64,000 bases of DNA from Desulfobacteraceae bacterium (lineage in GTDB: Bacteria; Desulfobacterota; Desulfobacteria; Desulfobacterales; JAABSP01): the NCBI GenBank assembly GCA_011390065.1, contig JAABTD010000005.1:339-64338 (forward strand). The letters are read 5' to 3'. Made by a program: the position numbers and the translations under genes. This document shows, one piece after another, positions 1 through 7,670 of this stretch (positions are counted from its first letter, which is position 1; the number at the start of each line of letters is the position of its first letter). The notes under the pieces are model-generated. The model did not search any database. It was given only the letters and a program-made list of their open reading frames with translations, and was not told where the DNA came from.

Positions 1-796
1 CAACGCCTACCACGCCATGCGGGCATCCGGCGGCGCCCTTTCCGTGTCCATGGACGACGTGGATCTGACGGAGGAGCGGCGATTCCTTGCCGCGACCCTC
101 CGACCCGGCCGCTATGTGCGGATCAAGATCGCCGACACCGGCGCCGGCATTTCCCGGGAGATCAGGGAACGCATTTTCGAACCCTATTTCACCACCAAAA
201 AAATGGGCGAAGGCTCAGGGCTGGGCTTGTCCGTCAGCCTGGGCATCGTGGAAAACCATGGCGGCGCCATCGATGTGGAAAGCGCGCCCGGCAGAGGGAC
301 CGTCTTCACGGTGTTTCTGCCGCTGATTGAACCGGCCCCCCTGCCGCAAAAGAAAGCGCCGCGGCAACCACCCAGGGGCGGCGGGGAGCGGATTCTGCTG
401 GTAGACGACGATCCGTTCTTACTCGACGCCATCTGCAAACACCTCGCAACCTTCGGGTACAGGGTCCAGCCGCACCACAGCAGCGTTGAGGCCCTGGCCG
501 CCTTGCAGAGGAATGCGTCCGCGTTCGATCTTCTCATCACCGACCAGACCATGCCGGACATCACCGGGGTCCAGCTGGTCGGAAAAGTCCGGCGCCTGCG
601 GCCCGATCTACCGGTCCTCCTGTGCACCGGCTACAGCGACACGGTGACGGAAGAAAACGCGGCCCGGTTCGGCATCTCCAAATTCCTCAAAAAGCCCGTC
701 AGCGGGGAGATCCTCGCCTTCGCCGTCCACCACGCATTAAACCCGGTCGACGACCGCAACATTCAGGACGATGGCCCCACCCGCCGTCTCATGTAA
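1..796 (+). CDS. hybrid sensor histidine kinase, C-terminal part (HATPase_c + receiver); 5' end lies outside the window
   Basis: Frame is open from the window edge (..NAYHAM.., N-box like). ATP-lid motifs DTGAGI and GEGSGLGLS. Then a receiver domain: ILLVDDD ... [14 protein letters not shown] ... KKP. Confidence 0.85.
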   Translation, partial: NAYHAMRASGGALSVSMDDVDLTEERRFLAATLRPGRYVRIKIADTGAGISREIRERIFEPYFTTKKMGEGSGLGLSVSLGIVENHGGAIDVESAPGRGTVFTVFLPLIEPAPLPQKKAPRQPPRGGGERILLVDDDPFLLDAICKHLATFGYRVQPHHSSVEALAALQRNASAFDLLITDQTMPDITGVQLVGKVRRLRPDLPVLLCTGYSDTVTEENAARFGISKFLKKPVSGEILAFAVHHALNPVDDRNIQDDGPTRRLM

Positions 797-1176
797 TCGT
801 CGATGGCCGAGTGCAAGGTCGAAGCCGCCAGCGATGCGCAATGCCGGTGGTCTTTCGGAAGGTCGCCGATGGCGCTGCAAATGGCGTCCGCGTCGATATC
901 CAGGATCGCTTCCGGCGATTTGCCCTTTGCCAGATCCGTCGCCGCGAGAACGCAATTGACGCTGTAGATGCACCCGTCCGTCCAGTGGGACGTTTCGGTC
1001 ACCGCATCCTTTTCAAAGAGAAGACGGATCTCCATGGTGTCGCCGCAGGCGCCGGTGATGCGGGCTTCGGCGTCCGGCGCATCCAGGCGGGGATTGAGCC
1101 ACCAGTAAACGGCGAACCAAATCCCGACCACCGACGTCAGGATGGCCGTTCCGGCCAGCAGCGTTCCGACCGTCAT
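763..1176 (-). CDS. membrane-anchored NifU/IscU-like Fe-S scaffold domain protein
   Basis: N-terminal hydrophobic helix [27 protein letters not shown]. IscU-type pattern GACGDTMEI ... DGCIYS ... [17 protein letters not shown] Shine-Dalgarno 8 nt upstream. Lies 26 nt downstream of rnfB. Confidence 0.7.
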   Translation of the reverse strand: MTVGTLLAGTAILTSVVGIWFAVYWWLNPRLDAPDAEARITGACGDTMEIRLLFEKDAVTETSHWTDGCIYSVNCVLAATDLAKGKSPEAILDIDADAICSAIGDLPKDHRHCASLAASTLHSAIDDYMRRRVGPSS

Positions 1177-1201
1177 GCCGCTGTCTCCGTCTTCTTCGGG
1201 G

Positions 1202-2086
1202 TCAGAGGGCCAATGCCTCCCGCTCCGACATCTCCTCCTGGCTTTTCAGGAGCGGATGGCCCCCGAAAGGCTGAATCACATGGGCGGTGAAACAGGCCGC
1301 GACACAGGCCTCCCCGCAGGAAGGGCCGAAGGCGATGCACCGCTCGTGATCGATGCGAATGCGTTCGTCTTCGAGCAATACGGCCTCGGCGGGGCAGGCC
1401 CTGACGCAGGACATGCAGTGGAGGCATCCGGAAGAGCAGATTTCGTGGGTCTCTTTGGCGTCGGCCCGGCTGCTGCACCGGACCACGACCCGGGCGTTCC
1501 GGGGGACGAGACTGAACAGGTCTTTGGGGCAGGTCTCGACGCAGATGCCGCATCCCACGCAGAGATCGGCGTCCACGACCGGGAAATGGTGCACCATGGC
1601 GATGGCGTCGAAGGGGCAGGCGTGGGCGCACTCGCCGAACCCCACGCACCCGCACTGACAGTCCGTGGGGCCGGCAAAGGCGATGTTGGCGGCGGAGCAG
1701 TTGCCGTATCCGATGTAGTCGTATTTTTCATAGTCGGATCTCAGGCACCGGGCGCAATGCACCGCCGCCACGGCCCCTTCCGCCGACCCGACTTCCTTTC
1801 CGGTGATTCGGGCCACCGCCTCCGCCACCGGCGCCTTTCCCGGAAAACAGAGATCGGGCGGCACCTTCGGATTTTCGACCACGGCGGTCGCATAGGCTTC
1901 GCACCCGGCGAAGCCGCAGGCGCCTCACTGCCCGCCGGCCAGAACCTCCTGCACCGCCTCGATTCTGGGGTCGACTTCAACCGCGAAGCGATGCGCCGCC
2001 AATCCCAGGCCGATGCCGAAAAACACGCCGATGCAGCCCAATACGGTCAATCCGCCCAGGGCGAGTTTGATATACACGGGGTCCAT
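1202..2086 (-). CDS. rnfB: Rnf complex subunit B (ferredoxin-type) with an in-frame TGA at codon 54, putative selenocysteine
   Basis: ATG at 2086 follows GAGAGGTGAGAG and opens a TM helix (MDPVYIKLALGGLTVLGCIGVFFGIGLGLAA). Then ..EVLAGGQ-TGA-GACGFAGCEAYA..DLCFPG, matching the RnfB/RsxB N-terminal cluster motif QCGxCGxxGC. Downstream are 4Fe-4S motifs CVGCGICVETCP and CLHCMSCVRACP. The ORF track only calls 1202..1882. Confidence 0.75.
1895..1915 (-). promoter_or_regulatory. putative bacterial SECIS-like hairpin downstream of the rnfB TGA
   Basis: Minus strand reads GGCTTCGC-CGGGT-GCGAAGCC: a perfect 8-bp stem and a 5-nt loop containing GU. It starts 9 nt after the UGA at 1927-1925. Confidence 0.5.
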
Positions 2087-2109
2087 CTCTCACCTCTCGT
2101 TGTTAAACG

Positions 2110-3108
2110 CTAATAAATCGTCATGCCGGAAAACCCCATAAAGGCAAGGGCGAACAGCCCGGCCACCACAAAGGCGATGGGCAGTCCCCTGAAGGATTCG
2201 GGGATGTCGGCGAACTCGATGCGCTCGCGCACCGACGACATCAGGAACAGGGCGATGAGAAACCCGAGTCCCGCGCCCGCGGCCAGCATGAGGCTTTCCA
2301 GCAGGGTGTATTCGTTGTCCGCCAGCATCAGGGGAACGGCGATGACAATGCAGTTGGCGATGACCAGCACCAGATAGACGCCGAAGGCCTTGAACAAAGC
2401 CGGGTTCACTTTTCTCAGGATCGTGTCGACCCCCTGGACGGTCAAAGAGACCAGACCGATGAAGACGACGATCTGCAAATAATCCAGCCGGAAGGGCTTC
2501 AGGACGAACTGATGGAGAAACCACGACATCATGGACGCGGCAATGATGACGATGGTGAAGGTGACGCCCATGCCGACGGCGGTCGATTTTTTCCGGGACG
2601 TGCCGAAAAACACGCACAGCCCCAGGTACTTGGAAAACACGAAATTCTGGATGATCATGGCCCCGATCAGGATGGAAAACAGGTGGCCCACGTAGAGCTT
2701 TTTGACCGTCAGGTGGGCGGTCCCCTGGGAGACGCCGCCGGAGCGGATCTCTTCCAGCACCACCTTGTGAGGGATGTCGCGGGAGATGGGTTCCGACGTC
2801 CGGAGGGTCAAAACCCGCCCGTCGGGGCCGAGTTCCACGCGATCGATCTGCGCCGGGATGTCCGGGTCCGGTTTCTCGTACACGGAAAAATGATCCCTGT
2901 TTTCAGCCCATGCCGGGTCGACGGGGCCGGCGAAGGTGATCACGATCTCGCGACTGTCCCTGAACTCGGCCTTTTGCACGAACCGATGGTCGGCGCCGCA
3001 GCCGCAAAGCAGCAGCAGGCACAGGAGTAAAAGGGCGATCCGCGGTTGCCGCGGATGCCGGGTCGCCGGCGCCGGGCGGTCCGTTCGATGCGACAATGGG
3101 GGCGTCAT
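2110..3108 (-). CDS. rnfA: Rnf complex subunit A with a ~139-aa N-terminal lipoprotein-like/Ig-like extension
   Basis: C-terminal ~190 aa is canonical RnfA/NqrE (LFSILIGAMIIQNFVFSKYLGLCVFFG ... ANCIVIAVPL ...). The ATG at 3108 overlaps the rnfE stop (ATGA). An internal GTG at 2691 is an alternative start. Confidence 0.85.
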   Translation of the reverse strand: MTPPLSHRTDRPAPATRHPRQPRIALLLLCLLLLCGCGADHRFVQKAEFRDSREIVITFAGPVDPAWAENRDHFSVYEKPDPDIPAQIDRVELGPDGRVLTLRTSEPISRDIPHKVVLEEIRSGGVSQGTAHLTVKKLYVGHLFSILIGAMIIQNFVFSKYLGLCVFFGTSRKKSTAVGMGVTFTIVIIAASMMSWFLHQFVLKPFRLDYLQIVVFIGLVSLTVQGVDTILRKVNPALFKAFGVYLVLVIANCIVIAVPLMLADNEYTLLESLMLAAGAGLGFLIALFLMSSVRERIEFADIPESFRGLPIAFVVAGLFALAFMGFSGMTIY

Positions 3109-3734
3109 ATGGCCTTTCTCTCCTTTCTGCCGCGGTTGTAAAGGGTCTCCACATAATTGAAGATGGCCATCATGAACCCGATCATGAAAAATCCGGCGGC
3201 GGGCAGCACGAAAAAGAGCATCGGACGGAACCCGAGGATGTCATACCCCAGCAGCGCGCCCATTCCCAGGATCTCCCGAATGGCGCCCAACACCACCATG
3301 CCGAACATGAACCCGAACCCCATGCCCATCCCGTCCCAGAAGGAGGGAACCAGGTCGTTCTTGCAGGCGAACACCTCCAGGCGCATGGTGATGATGGCGA
3401 ACGCCACGATAAGCCGCACGAAGATCCCCATGGCCTCATAGGCCGCCGGCACGTAGGCCGCCAGCACGAGATCGATCACCGTGACCCAGGTGGCGATGGT
3501 CAGGGTGTAGGTCGGGATCCGGATGCGGGGATGGATGTGGTGTTTGATCAGGGAAATGGTGCAGCTGGAAAACACCTGGACGAAGAGCACCGCGACGCCC
3601 AGCAGGATGCCGTTCATGACGGTGGTGCTGATCCCCACGGCCGGGCACATGCTCAGGGCCAGGCGAAAAATGGGGTTTTCGTTCAGAAGACCATTGACAA
3701 ACAGCTGCTTATTGGTTTTCGTCGTTGCCGGCAT
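3105..3734 (-). CDS. rnfE: Rnf complex subunit E
   Basis: NPIFRLALSMCPAVGIST ..., a six-TM RnfE/NqrD-like sequence in the expected operon position. Confidence 0.9.
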   Translation of the reverse strand: MPATTKTNKQLFVNGLLNENPIFRLALSMCPAVGISTTVMNGILLGVAVLFVQVFSSCTISLIKHHIHPRIRIPTYTLTIATWVTVIDLVLAAYVPAAYEAMGIFVRLIVAFAIITMRLEVFACKNDLVPSFWDGMGMGFGFMFGMVVLGAIREILGMGALLGYDILGFRPMLFFVLPAAGFFMIGFMMAIFNYVETLYNRGRKERKAI

Positions 3735-3759
3735 AACGCAATTCTCCGGATGTCGCCCG

Positions 3760-4665
3760 TTACATTGCCGCTGGTATATGGTTTTTCGAGATCACGCGAT
3801 CCAGGATCTTGATCCGATAGACGGATTTCTTGACCATGCGCTTCAGGCCGTCGGTCACGCACCGGCTGGAAATCGTGGCCCCGGCAATGGCGTGGATGTC
3901 TTCGTCCTGATAAGCTTTTCCGATCCTGACCAGGTCTTCCCGGGCCGCCGTTTTTTCCAGGAAATGCCGGTAGTCGTCGGGGAGCGGTTCCTTGATCACG
4001 TCCAGGTCCCGGAGTTGTTCAAGGGACTTGCCCTTGAACTGGTTTTTAAAATAGGGTTTTTCGATCTCGCCGCCCAGGCCCGGGTCTTCCTCATGGTCCA
4101 TGATCTCCAGCCCGAGGAGGTTGAAATCCGCGTCCAGCGCCGCCATGACATGAATGAAGGTCTTAAAGCCGGAAAACTCGCCCGGAAGCAAATACGCGAT
4201 CCGTTCGCCGTTCGCCGCCGCGATGATCATCGTGTCCGCGTATCTGGCCTGTTGGCCGGGACCCAGCGCCGCTGTGACCGCCGCGTCCCGGTCCGGCTTT
4301 TCCATGGCCGTTTCGGGGGACAGGCCGAGCCGGCGCCGATCGATCAGGTTGCCTTCCAGGTCGAGGACCCACATCTCATAGACGACGCCGGCCTCCTGTT
4401 CCACCGGCGCCAGGTACCCCAGGTCGGTCCGATCGTTGTCCTGGATGATGTATCGGTAAATTGAATGCAGCGACAGGTTTTCGGCGGCCCGGTCCGATCG
4501 GCCGGGAAGTTCCGGTGCGATCAGTTCGAACATGGTTTCTTGCCGGTTTTGCTGCTGGTTCCGCTTTTTGGCTTCCGCCGTGACCATAAAAACCCCGCCC
4601 ATCACACTGCCGGCGACCAGACACGAAATGGTCAGGGCCATGGCGATCTTGACAATCTCTTTCAT
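3760..4665 (-). CDS. rnfG: Rnf complex subunit G (FMN-binding), longer than typical
   Basis: Start MKEIVKIAMALTISCLVAG (TM helix); its ATG overlaps the rnfD stop (ATGA). FMN attachment motif IAGATISS near the C-terminus. Only the 3' 906 nt of track ORF 3760..5604 is used. Confidence 0.85.
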   Translation of the reverse strand: MKEIVKIAMALTISCLVAGSVMGGVFMVTAEAKKRNQQQNRQETMFELIAPELPGRSDRAAENLSLHSIYRYIIQDNDRTDLGYLAPVEQEAGVVYEMWVLDLEGNLIDRRRLGLSPETAMEKPDRDAAVTAALGPGQQARYADTMIIAAANGERIAYLLPGEFSGFKTFIHVMAALDADFNLLGLEIMDHEEDPGLGGEIEKPYFKNQFKGKSLEQLRDLDVIKEPLPDDYRHFLEKTAAREDLVRIGKAYQDEDIHAIAGATISSRCVTDGLKRMVKKSVYRIKILDRVISKNHIPAAM

Positions 4666-5672
4666 ACCGTCGCGCCTTCGGAAAAGCGCCTGGGCCTCAA
4701 TCGCTGGTCCAGGGCCGGGGTTAATGCATTCATGAGCAGGATGGCGTAACAGATCCCTTCGGGGTATCCCCCTTTCATGCGGATCAGGACCGTCAATGCG
4801 CCGATCCCCGCGCCGAAAATGAGTTTGCCGGTCTTCTGGGTCGGCGAAGTGACATAATCCGTGGCCATGAAAAAAGCGCCGAGCATCACGCCGCCGGAAA
4901 GCACCGCCACGAGGGGGTTTCCCGTAAACAGGGCGTCTCCCCCGAAAATCCAGGTCAGCCCGCCGACGGACAGGATGAGGGATGCGGGGATGTGCCAGGT
5001 GATATACCGTTTCCAGATCAGAAACATCCCGCCCAGGAGCAATAGCAGGCCCGAGGTTTCCCCGATGCACCCGGGGCGCAGTCCGATAAAAAAATCCCTG
5101 TAAACGGTCGACATGGCCCCGAATCGTTCCGTGAACGCCGCCATGCCGTAATGTTTCAGAACATACAGGGGGGTGGCCCCGGACACGGCATCCACGCCGC
5201 CGCCCATGTACTTGAACACCGAGAGGTCCCGGATGGGTTCCAGCCAGGCCGTGGTCATGGCCACCGGATAGGTGGCCACCAGAAACGCCCGGCCGATCAG
5301 CGCGGGGTTGAAAATGTTGAAGCCCAGCCCGCCCATGAGCACCTTGGAGACAAAAATGGCCATGAACGCGGCGGGGATGGGCATCCAGACAGGCGCTCCC
5401 GGGGGAATCACATAGGCCAGGAGCAGGCCCGTGATCACCGCGCTGCCGTCTTTCACCGTCACGGGCCGCTTCAGGGCCTTTTCGGACAGGGCTTCCGCCG
5501 CGACGCAACCGCCCACGCTCACCAGGGTGATGTACAGGACCTGGAACCCGAAGACAAAGACCGACAAGACCAGGGGCGGCAACAGGCACGCCACGACCGT
5601 CCACATGATTTTTTCAACGGTAACGTCCTGCTTGACGTGCGGCGACACCGATACGTACAGATCTGTTGTCAT
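4662..5672 (-). CDS. rnfD: Rnf complex subunit D
   Basis: Start MTTDLYVSVSPHV lies 1 nt after the rnfC stop. Polytopic membrane protein with the SGATPL flavin-attachment motif. Confidence 0.9.
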   Translation of the reverse strand: MTTDLYVSVSPHVKQDVTVEKIMWTVVACLLPPLVLSVFVFGFQVLYITLVSVGGCVAAEALSEKALKRPVTVKDGSAVITGLLLAYVIPPGAPVWMPIPAAFMAIFVSKVLMGGLGFNIFNPALIGRAFLVATYPVAMTTAWLEPIRDLSVFKYMGGGVDAVSGATPLYVLKHYGMAAFTERFGAMSTVYRDFFIGLRPGCIGETSGLLLLLGGMFLIWKRYITWHIPASLILSVGGLTWIFGGDALFTGNPLVAVLSGGVMLGAFFMATDYVTSPTQKTGKLIFGAGIGALTVLIRMKGGYPEGICYAILLMNALTPALDQRLRPRRFSEGATV

Positions 5673-5673
5673 G

Positions 5674-7125
5674 TTAAACCGCCCCGATCCGTTCTTCCCG
5701 CTCTCTTTTTTTCCGCGCCTCGCCGATCTTGATCCGGGCCAGCCGGATAAACTGCACCAGGGGCCGTTTCGACGGACAGACATACGCGCAGCTCCCGCAC
5801 TCGAAGCAGTCCTCCATCACGCCGAATTGCCCGGTCTCCGCCCCCCGCCCCGCTTCGACCCAGATGCCGATATTGTTCGGTTCAAGCCCCATGGGACAGG
5901 CGTCCAGACAAAATCCGCACCGGATGCAGGGGCCGTAATCCTGCGTATCGATCTCGTCCTTTGTGAGAAACAGCGCCCCCGAGGTGGTTTTGGTGACGGG
6001 AATGTTCAATGTGGAAACGGCGAATCCCATCATGGGCCCGCCCATCACCACCTTGGCCAGATCAGGGGTCGTTCCGCCCAGGTGGGAGACGATGTCGGAG
6101 AGGTGCGTCCCGATGGGGACCCGCAGATTGGCCGGCCGGGCGATCCCCTTGCCGGAGACGGTGACGACCCGCTCGTAAAAGGGCTTTCCCAGCGCCACGG
6201 CGTCGTAAACGGTTTTCGCGGTATAGACGTTCTGGACGATGATGCCGATGGACGAGGATCGCCGGCCCGAGGGCCGCACCCGGCCCGTGACGCTCTGCAT
6301 GATCTGATCCGCCGCCCCCTGGGGGTATTTGACGTCGAGGGGGCGGACGCGGATCCTGAATCCGTTCCCGGCGTCCCCCTGATCGATGACTTCCCGCAAC
6401 CGCTCGATGGCGTCGGGCTTGTTGTTTTCGATGCCGATGGCGCAATCGGAAATCCCCAGAATCGTCAAAAGGATCTTCGCCCCTTCGACGACCTCCCGGG
6501 CGTGTTCCACCATGATCCGGTGATCGCAGGTGAGATAGGGTTCGCACTCCGCGCCGTTTAAAATCAGGGTGTCCAGCGCGACATCCGGCTTGACCGCCAG
6601 TTTGATGTCCGACGGAAATCCGGCGCCCCCCAGGCCCACGACGCCGGCGTTCCGGATGCTGTTGAGCAGCCCCTGCCGGGAAAATCCGCGCCAGTCGGTC
6701 GGTTCATACGATCGAGGGCGCCCTTCCGGATCTCCGGAAATAACGATGGCCGGGGCTTTCCCCATCATGGGGTGGCGCACATCCGCCACGCCGTCCACCG
6801 CCCCGCTGAGGCTTGCATGAAGATTGGCCCCGACCTTGTCTCCCACGGTTCCGATCAAGTCCCCCGTCCGGACCCGGTCCTTTCGCTCCACCAGGATCTG
6901 ATAAATGCGGCCCGGGTGACGGTGGTACAACAAATTCCGGGGCGGAGGGGCGTCTTGCCGTTTTTCCACGGCCACCTCGCACGGCGTTCCCACATGCTGC
7001 TTTAAAAACAACGAGACCCGGGGCGGCGGCGGCATGGATTCGATGGGAAGGCCGGCGGTGACCGCCTTCATTTCCGGCGGGTGGACGCCGCCTTTGGGAA
7101 ACGTCGGCATAGGTTTCGGCGACAT
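5674..7125 (-). CDS. rnfC: Rnf complex subunit C (NADH/FMN-binding, 2x[4Fe-4S])
   Basis: GLGGAGFPS, LILNGAECEPYLTCD, CIRCGFCLDACP and CFECGSCAYVCP. Confidence 0.9.
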   Translation of the reverse strand: MSPKPMPTFPKGGVHPPEMKAVTAGLPIESMPPPPRVSLFLKQHVGTPCEVAVEKRQDAPPPRNLLYHRHPGRIYQILVERKDRVRTGDLIGTVGDKVGANLHASLSGAVDGVADVRHPMMGKAPAIVISGDPEGRPRSYEPTDWRGFSRQGLLNSIRNAGVVGLGGAGFPSDIKLAVKPDVALDTLILNGAECEPYLTCDHRIMVEHAREVVEGAKILLTILGISDCAIGIENNKPDAIERLREVIDQGDAGNGFRIRVRPLDVKYPQGAADQIMQSVTGRVRPSGRRSSSIGIIVQNVYTAKTVYDAVALGKPFYERVVTVSGKGIARPANLRVPIGTHLSDIVSHLGGTTPDLAKVVMGGPMMGFAVSTLNIPVTKTTSGALFLTKDEIDTQDYGPCIRCGFCLDACPMGLEPNNIGIWVEAGRGAETGQFGVMEDCFECGSCAYVCPSKRPLVQFIRLARIKIGEARKKREREERIGAV

Positions 7126-7140
7126 CGCTTTGTGTCCCTT

Positions 7141-7653
7141 CTATTTCCTGGGATTCCGTTTCAGCAGTTTGAACGCGTAGTCTTCCCGCGATTGATGCGA
7201 CAACCGGGTCGGTTCCCCGAATTGGAGGGCGTTGGTGGGACAGGCTGCGACGCAGGCCGGTTCCTCGCCTTCCTCGATTCGGTCCATGCACATGTCGCAC
7301 TTCATGGCCTTGCCCGCATCGGGGTCCCACTGGGGAATGTGCCATGGACAGGCCAGAATGCAGGCTTTGCACCCCACGCACAAGTCCCTTATGATGTAGA
7401 CCAGGCCGTTTTCATCGCTTTTGCGGATGGCGTCCACCGGGCAGGCGTTCATGCACCATGCGTCTTCGCAATGAAAGCAGGGAACGAAAAGGGAGGACAT
7501 CGCGGGGCTGCCGTTGATCATTCCAGGTCCCATGACCACAATTTTTCCCAATGTCGCGCCGGCCGGAACGTGGTTCTTCGCTTTGCAGGCGACTTCGCAT
7601 GAATGGCAGGCGACGCATTTGGTCGGGTCCGTATAAATGAGATAATCTCCCAT
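7141..7653 (-). CDS. 4Fe-4S ferredoxin-type electron-transfer subunit (DmsB/HybA-like) of the molybdopterin oxidoreductase
   Basis: Cys clusters CVACHSCEVAC, CFHCEDAWCMNACP, CVGCKACILACP and CDMC..ACVAACP. Lies 17 nt downstream of the catalytic subunit and 15 nt upstream of rnfC. Confidence 0.85.
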   Translation of the reverse strand: MGDYLIYTDPTKCVACHSCEVACKAKNHVPAGATLGKIVVMGPGMINGSPAMSSLFVPCFHCEDAWCMNACPVDAIRKSDENGLVYIIRDLCVGCKACILACPWHIPQWDPDAGKAMKCDMCMDRIEEGEEPACVAACPTNALQFGEPTRLSHQSREDYAFKLLKRNPRK

Positions 7654-7670
7654 TCTCTAATCCTCCACAA

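Noticed and set aside
4666-5604. The upstream two thirds of the 614-aa track ORF 3760..5604.
   Set aside because: Only the distal 906 nt (from MKEIVKIAM, ATGA-coupled to rnfD) looks like RnfG. The upstream part is an out-of-frame overlap with rnfD and reads as low-complexity Arg/Gly/Pro sequence.
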